A stretch of DNA of 35,111 nt, counting the filler, from Candidatus Woesearchaeota archaeon (GTDB taxonomy: Archaea; Nanobdellota; Nanobdellia; Woesearchaeales; DATGWN01), in the NCBI GenBank assembly GCA_047603125.1. It is 2 parts of 2 records of this genome, joined end to end, with 100 filler letters (N's around TTAATTAATTAA, not from the genome) between each part and the next. Parts side by side here need not be neighbours in the genome. Positions count along the whole stretch, not along the records: positions 17,947 to 35,111 come from JBLKOU010000022.1; 1 more part is not named here. One strand, 5' to 3'. Position 1 is the stretch's first letter; every line of letters starts with the position of its first letter. Shown here piece after piece: positions 17,847 to 26,511 of this stretch. The notes beneath the pieces are model-generated. The model was not told where the DNA came from and did no database searches. It saw only the letters and a list, made by a program, of their open reading frames with translations. Position numbers and translations under genes: made by a program.

Positions 17847-17946
17847 NNNNNNNNNNNNNNNNNNNNNNNNNNNNNNNNNNNNNNNNNNNNTTAATTAATT
17901 AANNNNNNNNNNNNNNNNNNNNNNNNNNNNNNNNNNNNNNNNNNNN
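17847..17946. other. Assembly gap / artificial contig linker
   Basis: N runs flanking TTAATTAATTAA, which has stops in all frames. Confidence 0.98.
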
Positions 17947-18950
17947 GTCGTATTCAAAATATCAGTAGCCGTAATATTCAAATTAGTAGTCCCAGAAAAA
18001 TAAGAACCCGCATTCCCCAACCGAAGCGTACCGAATGAAGAAATCTCTAATAACTTCAATCTATCTCCACCATTATTAAACCGAAACCCATCTATAGTTC
18101 CATTAATAGTAATCGTATACACACCAGGAGAAGCATACGTATGAATTGCATCTTCCCAATGAGTAATATGCTCAACAACACCATTCCCCCAATCCACAGT
18201 AAAATTATACACCCCTGAAGAAGTCAAAGGTAATCTAACCTGCAAGCCACCAGAAGAACCATCAGAAATTAAGGACGTATCCCAAACCGAAACAAAATAT
18301 GACTCAGGCTCTCCTCCCCCCATAACACCAACATCCATGATGCCCATAACAAGCTGTTCTTCCTCTACAGGCTCTTCAACAGATTCATCCGTAGACTCTT
18401 CTTCTAAAGGATAATCAACAGGCTCTTGCGTATCTACCGGTTCCTCAGCTGAGTCTTCTTCTATAGATTCCTCAACAGGCTCTTGCGTATCTACCGGTTC
18501 CTCAGCTGAGTCTTCTTCTATAGATTCCTCAACAGGCTCTTGCGTATCTACCGGTTCCTCAGCTGAGTCTTCTTCTATAGATTCCTCAACAGGCTCGTCA
18601 CTTGGCTCTTCCGCAACCGGCTCCGTAACAGACTCGCCCAAGGAGCTATTATAACTCAAATTCACCCAAATGTATTGACTCTGATTATCAACAACAACTA
18701 AGCTAGCAAACACCTCACTATAATTTCCTAACTCATATACAGGCTCATAATACTGCGTAAATAAAATAAGAGTCTCATTTGAAAAAACACTCAAATTAAA
18801 AACCTCAAACTCACCCTGTAACTCAACGTCTAAAAAAAGCGTTTCATTTCCTTCAAAAAAAGAAAGATCAACCAACGGGGATGGTGACGAAAAGGCAAAC
18901 ACCACTATAAAAAGACTTAAGATAAATACTGCTATATAACCCCGTTTCAC
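17947..18950 (-). CDS. BspA/DUF285-type surface protein, truncated by the gap
   Basis: Signal peptide, acidic repeat stalk, FVSVWDT...VDWGNG...HTYASPGVYTITING...KLLEISSFG. Confidence 0.8.
18415..18596 (-). repeat. 57-bp coding tandem repeat, about 3.2 copies (EPVEESIEEDSAEEPVDTQ)
   Basis: Identical units start at 18415, 18472 and 18529. Confidence 0.95.
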
Positions 18951-19070
18951 AATCTAACCCCTTATAGAAGAATTTATCCAAAATCATTTATAAACCTTTA
19001 TGACTATGATAAAGTAACTAATAAGTGATGCGCGCAACATTTATATACCTCGACCCCACCCACTCACCCT

Positions 19071-20327
19071 ATGCTATCAATAAAATTTATTCGTGAAAAC
19101 ATCGAGCTTGTCAAAGAAAATATGCAAAAAAAAGGCAGAGATATAGCCCTTTTAGACCGAGTGTTAGAATTAGATAAAACGCATAAAACGCTCATATATT
19201 CCCAAGAACAACTACGAAAAGAACGAAATGAACTCAGTAAACAAATCAATCTTGCCAAAAAAGAAGGAAAAGACACCAGCGATATACTCAAACAAGTAAA
19301 AGAACTCCCTGAAAAAGTCAAACAACTCACACAAGAAACAGACGATATAAAAGAACAGCTTGACCAGCTCTTGCAAAAAATTCCAAATATGATGGCACAA
19401 ACTGTTCCCATCGGAAAAAATGACTCCGATAATGTTGTCTTACAAACATTTGGCACACCAAAAAAAACAGATGTTCAAGCACATCAGCACATTCTTGAAA
19501 AATTACACATGGCAGACTTTGAAAGTGCCGCTCGCGTTTCCGGAAATGGTTTTTATTATTTACAAGGTGATATTGCACTCCTGAACCAAGCACTTATTCA
19601 ATTTGCAATACAAACAATGACAAAGCACGGATTCACCTATGTTGAAACTCCACTCATGCTACGCTCAGACATCATTAATAATGTAACAGATTTACATGAC
19701 CAAGAGAATCAAATCTATAAAATTCAAGATGAAGATTTGTATTTAATCGGAACAAGTGAACACTCACTTATAGGAAGATATGTCAAACAAACAATTCAAG
19801 AACAAGAACTTCCCATCACACACACCAGTTATTCAATGTGCTTTCGAAAAGAAAAAGGCGCACATGGACTTGACGAGCGAGGATTATTTCGAACACATCA
19901 ATTTAACAAAGTAGAAATGATTGTCATCTGCAAACCTGAGGATTCACGAGAATGGTATAAAAAACTTCAACAAATCACCATAGATATATTCAACCAATTA
20001 GAACTCCCCATTCGCGTCTTGCAAATTTGCTCCGGCGATCTTAGTGATAATAAATTTGATCAAGTTGACATAGAAGCATATTCCCAAAGAAAGGATGACT
20101 ATATTGAAGTGGGAAGCTGTTCTAATTTAACAGACGCCCAATCACAGATGCTTGGCATTCGAGTTCAAGGGAAAGAGAAATACTACCCGCATACCCTTAA
20201 TAATACTGCCATTGCAACCAGTAGAGCGCTCGTTGCCATAATCGAAAATCACACTCAAAAAGACGGCTCAATATATATTCCTAAAGCGTTACAACCATTT
20301 ATGGGAAAAGAATACATTGGGAAATGA
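19071..20327 (+). CDS. serS: Seryl-tRNA synthetase
   Basis: N-terminal coiled coil; LIGTSEH, CFRKEKG, GLFRTHQFNKVEM, SCSN, HTLNNTAIATSR. Confidence 0.98.
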   Translation: MLSIKFIRENIELVKENMQKKGRDIALLDRVLELDKTHKTLIYSQEQLRKERNELSKQINLAKKEGKDTSDILKQVKELPEKVKQLTQETDDIKEQLDQLLQKIPNMMAQTVPIGKNDSDNVVLQTFGTPKKTDVQAHQHILEKLHMADFESAARVSGNGFYYLQGDIALLNQALIQFAIQTMTKHGFTYVETPLMLRSDIINNVTDLHDQENQIYKIQDEDLYLIGTSEHSLIGRYVKQTIQEQELPITHTSYSMCFRKEKGAHGLDERGLFRTHQFNKVEMIVICKPEDSREWYKKLQQITIDIFNQLELPIRVLQICSGDLSDNKFDQVDIEAYSQRKDDYIEVGSCSNLTDAQSQMLGIRVQGKEKYYPHTLNNTAIATSRALVAIIENHTQKDGSIYIPKALQPFMGKEYIGK

Positions 20328-20330
20328 CCC

Positions 20331-20909
20331 CTATCTATCAACAAACATGTACTCATCAGGCCATGTCTGTTTTACTATTCCATTTTCCATATTTATAGAC
20401 GGCAAATAATTATGATGCACACGAATTCGCTCTGTTATAGGCACCGTCTCTATAGAAACAATGGCATCCTTTCCAAAACACTCGTGAAAATAAGGAACAA
20501 TTCGTCCATTAAATTCATTTACTAATTCGTCCTGACTGAATCCATCAAGCAAAAAAATGATTGCCAGATGCCCATCGCGCTCGCCAACATAAGTCGTTCC
20601 AATGTACTTGGTATTACTCATGCGAATTTTTGCATCTTGTTCAACTGACTGCATATACTGTTGCTTTGTAATCCCAGCACGAAGTTTTATAATATAGAGT
20701 TGATGCGCCTCAAAAACACCCAGACGTCGACGGTCAATTGTGGCAAAATATCGCAAAATTCCCTTCTCTTCCAACTTTTTTCGCTTTCTATTCACCGTCA
20801 TTACTGGTACACCCGTGCACTTTCCAATCGCATTATCAGTTGCACGAGGATTTTTCATTAATTCTTTAATAATAACACGTTCCTGTTCATCAAGCGTATA
20901 AAAATCCAT
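20331..20909 (-). CDS. Lrp/AsnC-like transcriptional regulator with an extended effector domain
   Basis: LDEQERVIIKELMKNPR...TVNRKRKKLEEKGIL HTH. Confidence 0.85.
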   Translation of the reverse strand: MDFYTLDEQERVIIKELMKNPRATDNAIGKCTGVPVMTVNRKRKKLEEKGILRYFATIDRRRLGVFEAHQLYIIKLRAGITKQQYMQSVEQDAKIRMSNTKYIGTTYVGERDGHLAIIFLLDGFSQDELVNEFNGRIVPYFHECFGKDAIVSIETVPITERIRVHHNYLPSINMENGIVKQTWPDEYMFVDR

Positions 20910-21008
20910 TCAATTCACCCATTTTGATATAAATGTATCAACTATGACTCAATACATATATAAAAGTTAATATACATAATGTGTATACTGATTGAGGTTT
21001 TGTTAATA

Positions 21009-21428
21009 ATGGATACTAACTTGTATACTAGACTTGTAGAAGCGCACAATCAATATCATACCAATGGATTTCTCCCCGACCAGACCATGCAAGCCATCCC
21101 TGTAAACCTTCCCCGATACAATCTCGTACAAGGAATCTTAATCAAGGAAATACATGAGAAAATAAAAAAAAGCAACCCAACCACCGGCTGGACAATCGAT
21201 AGTGTGTGCAACCGAATATGGATTCCAAGAAAACTCAGCAAAAAGTTTGCAACAGACTACCGTTTAGCACTCCCCATCATAGAAGAAGTCCCACAACATT
21301 GGTTAAGTGCCCCCTATATACACTCACTTTTCTCTCTTACTCGTGCGCAGAAAAGACCTGAACCTGTTGACCATACTCAAGTGCTTGCACAAGCTTGTGT
21401 CCAACCTCGCTATCAGTTCGGATCTTAA
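21009..21428 (+). CDS. Hypothetical protein; 3' end overlaps the ATPase gene antisense
   Basis: GAGGT SD before ATG 21009; TATA-like TATATAAAAG upstream. Confidence 0.55.
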   Translation: MDTNLYTRLVEAHNQYHTNGFLPDQTMQAIPVNLPRYNLVQGILIKEIHEKIKKSNPTTGWTIDSVCNRIWIPRKLSKKFATDYRLALPIIEEVPQHWLSAPYIHSLFSLTRAQKRPEPVDHTQVLAQACVQPRYQFGS

Positions 21429-22686
21429 GACTGGCAGATTTACTTGCTTTACAACGAAACAAAAGCTCATGCTCAATATAAATTTCAACAGCGCATTGCG
21501 CATACTTTTTGTTCAGTTCCATAGTAATTGATTGCGGATTCTTTTTCACATCAAAAGACAATGCGTTTTGAGTTGATTCTTGCTTGCATAAAAACCGAAC
21601 AGGTAATTTGTGCGTGTCAATGAGTTTTTTGAGGTCTTGATCCTTTGCCAAAGTTGCAATTTGATCCTCACTAACCAGAACCTGTAGCACATCTTTTACT
21701 TTCTCTATACGTACCTGTACTTGCTTTTTTTTAAAATACTGCTCGAGAATCGTCTGTGCATCTTCTTTAACAGGCATGAGAACCAGCTGATCCCCAAAGG
21801 TATACAGCTCATATAAGAGTGTTTGCTCGACTAAATCACGAACTTCAATAACGGGGCGAGAAATTGATTTATCATGCATTCCTGTTGGGACTTTGACAAC
21901 CATGGATAATGTCAGAATTGTCGCAATCTCCCCCTTATCAACAAATAATATCGTATCAATAATATGGGGTAAAAGCCCGATTTCAGTTTTTCCAACAAAA
22001 CGATGCAACGCATCAACAGCATTTGTCGCATGAACAACACCAATCATTCCCGTTCCACTTAAACGAAGGTCACTAAAGAGCGTAAAATCCTCAGTATTTC
22101 TCATCTCATCGAAAAACACATAATCCGGTCGACTCAATAGCACTATATCTTTGAGTTGTTGTACCGTGCTAAAGGCCTTTGCATATTGCGTTATTGAGAG
22201 GGGCAAAATCATATCACGCGGATTTTCAATGGTTTTTATAATCGTATTTTGTTTATGATAATGCAAGGCGAGGGCTTGGCTCAATGTCGACTTTCCTGCA
22301 CCAGGAGAGCCTCCAATTAAAATTCCACGGGACTTTTGAGAAAGTATCGTTTGAAGCTTGAAAGGAACCGCATACTCTGACAATTCTCGCTGATACTTAT
22401 GGCAAACGATTGTCACTTCATGACGTGATACTAATGGGGGGCTGACAATAACTATACGGTATGCTTGTAGTTCAACAATTTGCGCGCAGTCATTTTGTGC
22501 ATACACTGTTGCTTTCTCATTTGCTAATATACTCTCAATTATCTGTGTAATTTTCTCAACAGAAAGTGGCTCTTGCGTTATTTGAACAAGCTGTATATTT
22601 CCCGGTGTCCCTTTTTTGGCAAAAACGCGTTCATTTGCGTACAGATGCACACTTAAGACTCCCTCCTGAAAATATTGTTCAAACAT
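21337..22686 (-). CDS. PINA-family (PilT/VirB11-like) ATPase lacking the N-terminal PIN domain
   Basis: SVHL...AKKGTPG, GSPGAGKST, TIENPRD, LLSRPDYVFFDEMR, GVVHAT, VKVPTGM...RPVIEV. Confidence 0.88.
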   Translation of the reverse strand: MFEQYFQEGVLSVHLYANERVFAKKGTPGNIQLVQITQEPLSVEKITQIIESILANEKATVYAQNDCAQIVELQAYRIVIVSPPLVSRHEVTIVCHKYQRELSEYAVPFKLQTILSQKSRGILIGGSPGAGKSTLSQALALHYHKQNTIIKTIENPRDMILPLSITQYAKAFSTVQQLKDIVLLSRPDYVFFDEMRNTEDFTLFSDLRLSGTGMIGVVHATNAVDALHRFVGKTEIGLLPHIIDTILFVDKGEIATILTLSMVVKVPTGMHDKSISRPVIEVRDLVEQTLLYELYTFGDQLVLMPVKEDAQTILEQYFKKKQVQVRIEKVKDVLQVLVSEDQIATLAKDQDLKKLIDTHKLPVRFLCKQESTQNALSFDVKKNPQSITMELNKKYAQCAVEIYIEHELLFRCKASKSASLKIRTDSEVGHKLVQALEYGQQVQVFSAHE

Positions 22687-22737
22687 GCACTATAAGAAAA
22701 AAAATATCTTTTTAAACATTTGCATCTATAAAAGAAC

Positions 22738-23013
22738 ATGGCTAAAATCCCACCCGTCATATTTATTGGTTTAGGAGGTATTGTTTTAACGATTTCTCTT
22801 TTTAATCGCGAGCTCATCCTCTTTGTTCTTGCAGGATTTGCGTTTCTGGTATATGGATTTATTGGGTTTGTAAGTGAAAAAAAACCAAAACAGCGCAGAG
22901 TTCACCACCCCCATGCGCATCAACAACCACTACAAAAACGCTGCCACCACTGTGGTCATGTCATCAATGCCAGATATCGGTTCTGCCCGCATTGCGGTGC
23001 TAAGAACGCATGA
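22738..23013 (+). CDS. Small 2-TM protein with C-terminal zinc ribbon
   Basis: Two hydrophobic helices; CHHCG...FCPHCG. Confidence 0.85.
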   Translation: MAKIPPVIFIGLGGIVLTISLFNRELILFVLAGFAFLVYGFIGFVSEKKPKQRRVHHPHAHQQPLQKRCHHCGHVINARYRFCPHCGAKNA

Positions 23014-23647
23014 CTTTTTGATAAATATCTTGACAATCTTCAAAATAATGCGCACTTGCTAAGTGAAATACAACCGCAATTTTTGAAGTTTGCACCTGTT
23101 TTTGTACATATTGGCCAAGAACATAGGCTTGATACATATTTGCCGGAAGACCAATTAAAATATCACTGCTTCGAAGAAAAAAACAAACAACTAGCGTATC
23201 ATCCCGGATTTTAAAATCAATGGAAACTATTGCAGGAATGTCAAGCTCCATGGACGGCTGCGTCGTTTCCTTCTTGCCTAAAATAAGCGAAGCAACAGCC
23301 TGTCGAGTATTTGGGTCTTTTTGTAAGAGAGGAATAATCTTTTGATCAATTTGATTAAACCCCTCATAATCAAATAAACGATGACCATAACTATAAGCAG
23401 TTCTGGCATTAATACTTGGAAATAAAATTGCTTGACGAATTTGCTCAGGACTTGGATACATCCATTTTTCTACATGGGAGAGCACGGTAATCGGGCGAGT
23501 GATATCTTCAAAATCCAAAAGCTCAAAGCTCACATGTAAAGATTCTATACAAACGCGATTCTTTCTATCTTTGTAGATGCGCGCATGTTTATTGCAATAA
23601 TCAAGTACAGCCCTCCACGTTTGAAATGTATTTAATCCTCTAATCAT
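23000..23647 (-). CDS. Archaeal thymidylate synthase-like protein lacking the catalytic Cys
   Basis: YSYGHRL, NQID, DPNTRQA, RSSD, PAN and SAH motifs; PC is replaced by PA. Confidence 0.85.
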   Translation of the reverse strand: MIRGLNTFQTWRAVLDYCNKHARIYKDRKNRVCIESLHVSFELLDFEDITRPITVLSHVEKWMYPSPEQIRQAILFPSINARTAYSYGHRLFDYEGFNQIDQKIIPLLQKDPNTRQAVASLILGKKETTQPSMELDIPAIVSIDFKIRDDTLVVCFFLRSSDILIGLPANMYQAYVLGQYVQKQVQTSKIAVVFHLASAHYFEDCQDIYQKVMRS

Positions 23648-25124
23648 CTTCTAAAAACTCCGATAAAGCTCTCTCTTTTGTTTGTAATGAAAATGAATAA
23701 CAGAAAAAAGGAAATGCAAAGCTGTTTAATACTAATGAACATTCTCCAAATGCTTGCGAGCTGGAAAGAACACCTTCACGCTTAATTCGAACTTCAAATC
23801 CTCCTTCAAATGCCTGAACAATCAATTCTTTTTGGTGCAATTGTTTTTGAAGAGATGACTCTAAAAGTTGCTTGCCTGCTTGAATTTGTAAATACGTATA
23901 TGGTTGTAATAATGATGATTGTTTTGCTGCAAGTCGATACGCCTGAGAAATATGAAGTTTATAGCGCAATAATAACCCGCACGCATTATAGATGACCTCT
24001 TGTTGTTTTGCAAGATGACGGACAGTTTGTGTGCACTCTTGAAGCAGTGTTGCCATTTGCTCAAAGGTATAATCTGATGGAATGTAAAAATGATGTAATA
24101 AACGAATACGAACATCACTGAGCACATACATATTCGGATCTGAAAAATGTGCACCTTGGCGAGTCAGAGAATCAAATAAAACATAGGAACATTCGTGAAA
24201 CACCGATTCTAAATCACGTGCATGGGTTTTTTCTTGAAAAAACTTTGCTAAATCAACTAAGAGCGTTTTTTGGCAAATAACTGCACAAAGCGGTCTTGGC
24301 TGCTGTATATAAGACTTCCATTCTTGCGGATCGATAGTATATGGACCTGCACGACCAACAAAGTAAGGTGCTTGATGCACATCATCATTTTTTATATTAA
24401 ATTTGAGCCCATGTTGTGCAAACTCACTTGCAATCAACGAAAAAAAAGATTTATGCAATACAAACTCACGAGCCGTTACATCAAAGACCAGCGTTATCAA
24501 AGGAGTCGCATATTTAACATACAAGCGGATAAATTGCAACACTTTTTTTTCATCTAAAATATTTGTCGCATCAATAATAATCGACGCACTAATATGATGT
24601 TTTGCAAGTACATCAATAAGGCGCTGGTAAAATAGAGTTACTGTATCATCTTTTTCCAAGAGAGTCTCAAAATCATTAAGTCCAAGTACATCATTACAAA
24701 ATCGCGCGTAATGACAGAGTGAGTCAAGTGCTTGATCAAAGGAATCGAATTGCATACAATCTAATAATAATGCGTTGTAGAGCTGCCATCGTTTGGATTC
24801 AAATTCACTAATATATGTTGACTGAAAGTCTTGTCTTGTTGGTGTTTGCTCTATAAGTTCGTACACATGCTGCCCCTTTGTTACTCGCTTGACAACCTGC
24901 ACACAATGTTCGTGATCAAGCTTTTGCAAATAGTATAAGAGTTTTCTATGCAACTTTGCAAGCTCTTGTTTTGCTTGTTTTTTCTTTTGAGAACTCACCT
25001 GAGAATCCACGAGAATTTGCTCATACATGGGTGCTTCCTCAAAAATATGCAGGACAAGCTGACTTGTAGTTGCTTGCTTATGTTCACGAAGATAATCCTG
25101 AATCTGAGCTCGTAAATTCACCAT
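23640..25124 (-). CDS. wHTH fused to a degenerate class III RNR (NrdD)-like domain (probable start MVNLR)
   Basis: N-terminal wHTH pattern; NrdD-like motifs in order (NDFETLL, PYF, VDLAK, AYRLA, GG, PFF); no glycyl-radical motif. Confidence 0.6.
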   Translation of the reverse strand: MVNLRAQIQDYLREHKQATTSQLVLHIFEEAPMYEQILVDSQVSSQKKKQAKQELAKLHRKLLYYLQKLDHEHCVQVVKRVTKGQHVYELIEQTPTRQDFQSTYISEFESKRWQLYNALLLDCMQFDSFDQALDSLCHYARFCNDVLGLNDFETLLEKDDTVTLFYQRLIDVLAKHHISASIIIDATNILDEKKVLQFIRLYVKYATPLITLVFDVTAREFVLHKSFFSLIASEFAQHGLKFNIKNDDVHQAPYFVGRAGPYTIDPQEWKSYIQQPRPLCAVICQKTLLVDLAKFFQEKTHARDLESVFHECSYVLFDSLTRQGAHFSDPNMYVLSDVRIRLLHHFYIPSDYTFEQMATLLQECTQTVRHLAKQQEVIYNACGLLLRYKLHISQAYRLAAKQSSLLQPYTYLQIQAGKQLLESSLQKQLHQKELIVQAFEGGFEVRIKREGVLSSSQAFGECSLVLNSFAFPFFCYSFSLQTKERALSEFLEDD

Positions 25125-25142
25125 TTTAGAATGGTAATAAAC

Positions 25143-25160
25143 AAACATTTATAAATGTTT
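25143..25160. promoter_or_regulatory. Perfect 18-bp palindrome centred on a TATA-like TTTATAAA in the divergent promoter
   Basis: AAACATTTATAAATGTTT. Confidence 0.6.
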
Positions 25161-25232
25161 CAGAAAATTTTTGAAATTAAAAAAATTTATTCCAAAACAG
25201 CCTTGTTGTATTTGAAACTACACCCGTATATC

Positions 25233-25700
25233 ATGGACACAAAGGAATTACAAATCCTCAGTCAGTTTCGAAAGAACGCCCGAGAAAACCTTACCACCGC
25301 ATCACGCAATATTCGCGTGCCCATTAGCACTATTCATGAGCGTTTAAAAAAATACGAAGGTTCTGTCATCTTCAGACACACAACACTCATTGATTTTAGT
25401 AAAATAGGCTTTAGTCTACGTCTCCAACTCATGCTCAAAATAGCCTCCAAAGACAGAGAACGCGTCGGAATGTTTTTGCGCGCACATCCCCGTGTAAACA
25501 CAGTAAGCATCATTTCAAATGGTTTTGATTATATGGCCGAAGTCATACTCAAAAACATGCAAGAAGTAAAGCTTTTTCTCAAACAGCTCGAACAATTTTC
25601 CATAACAGAACGCCATGAATTTTTTATTATTGACGATATGAAAAAAGAAGCGTTTTTATCAGACCCCTGTATTTGTGAGCTGACATTTAAGGATATTTAG
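25233..25700 (+). CDS. Lrp/AsnC family transcriptional regulator
   Basis: MDTKELQILSQFRKNAR...STIHERLK, IDFSKIGF, NGFDYMAEV. Confidence 0.92.
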   Translation: MDTKELQILSQFRKNARENLTTASRNIRVPISTIHERLKKYEGSVIFRHTTLIDFSKIGFSLRLQLMLKIASKDRERVGMFLRAHPRVNTVSIISNGFDYMAEVILKNMQEVKLFLKQLEQFSITERHEFFIIDDMKKEAFLSDPCICELTFKDI

Positions 25701-26476
25701 GCTGCTTTTTTATATAATTCATCAGCCTTTTTGCCTTTTTTCTTTAACTTTTCATAGTGACTCTTTGCCTCACCTTTAAGGGCATAGGATTCTCCCACAA
25801 TATTTGCAAAATTAGCTATATCTTCTTTAGTAATATCCTCGCCTTGCACCTTTTTATTTGCTAAATTTAATGGAGCAAGATAATCCTTTACCATATCCAC
25901 ATCTAAAAATTTATCAATACCAAGATATTTAAAAATGTCCTTTTTATGTGATTCATTAACATGATTTGCTGCCGACTGTTGTAACTTTTTCACGCCAGCC
26001 TCATACTCCTTAGTTCCAGTAACTGCTTCCACTAATTTCCCACCATGGAAGTCTTCTATAGATTCAGCAGAAGAAACATATTTTTTAAGAAGCTGCTGTA
26101 AGCCCTGTCTATTCATTCCAGCATATAAACCAAGTATATGATCATGATAAATTTGCTCATCTGCTTTATCACCAAATTTGTGATCATCTTTTAATTTTAA
26201 CTCTTTTTTTGCCTTTTCAACAATGGAATTAACGACTGCCTCTGCGTAAACATTCTGAAATTCTTCACTTTTGAGATGGTCCAATTCAATATCTTCTGCC
26301 GACTTTCCTTTTCCATTATCTTTTAAGCGTTTAACGACGGCTTCTAGTCCAGAACCATGTGCGTGAGATAAAGCTTCATTTCTTGAACGAAGTATATGTC
26401 CTACTTTTCGATTTTTTTTCAGATACAAATCTATAACTTCAGGAACAGAATCTTTTTTATCTTTTTTGTCTGCCAT
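25697..26476 (-). CDS. Lys-rich helical hypothetical protein
   Basis: Long ORF; TATA-like TATTTAAATA upstream; probable start MADKK. Confidence 0.8.
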   Translation of the reverse strand: MADKKDKKDSVPEVIDLYLKKNRKVGHILRSRNEALSHAHGSGLEAVVKRLKDNGKGKSAEDIELDHLKSEEFQNVYAEAVVNSIVEKAKKELKLKDDHKFGDKADEQIYHDHILGLYAGMNRQGLQQLLKKYVSSAESIEDFHGGKLVEAVTGTKEYEAGVKKLQQSAANHVNESHKKDIFKYLGIDKFLDVDMVKDYLAPLNLANKKVQGEDITKEDIANFANIVGESYALKGEAKSHYEKLKKKGKKADELYKKAA

Positions 26477-26511
26477 ACTATAAACCATTAAACCTTTCTT
26501 ATTTAAATAGT

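Noticed and set aside
17847..17946. TTAATTAATTAA palindrome inside the N run
   Set aside because: Artificial scaffolding linker; adjacency of the two halves of the window is not established.
18415..18596. Possible CRISPR array
   Set aside because: Contiguous identical in-frame 57-bp units with no spacers and no cas genes.
21337..22686. Pilus assembly ATPase for the pilin array
   Set aside because: Motifs match the PINA family rather than PilB/ArlI, there is no TadC partner, and it lies on the other contig.
23000..23647. Functional thyA or phage-type dNMP hydroxymethylase
   Set aside because: The catalytic Cys is absent and no DNA-modification or viral genes are nearby, so no gene symbol was assigned.
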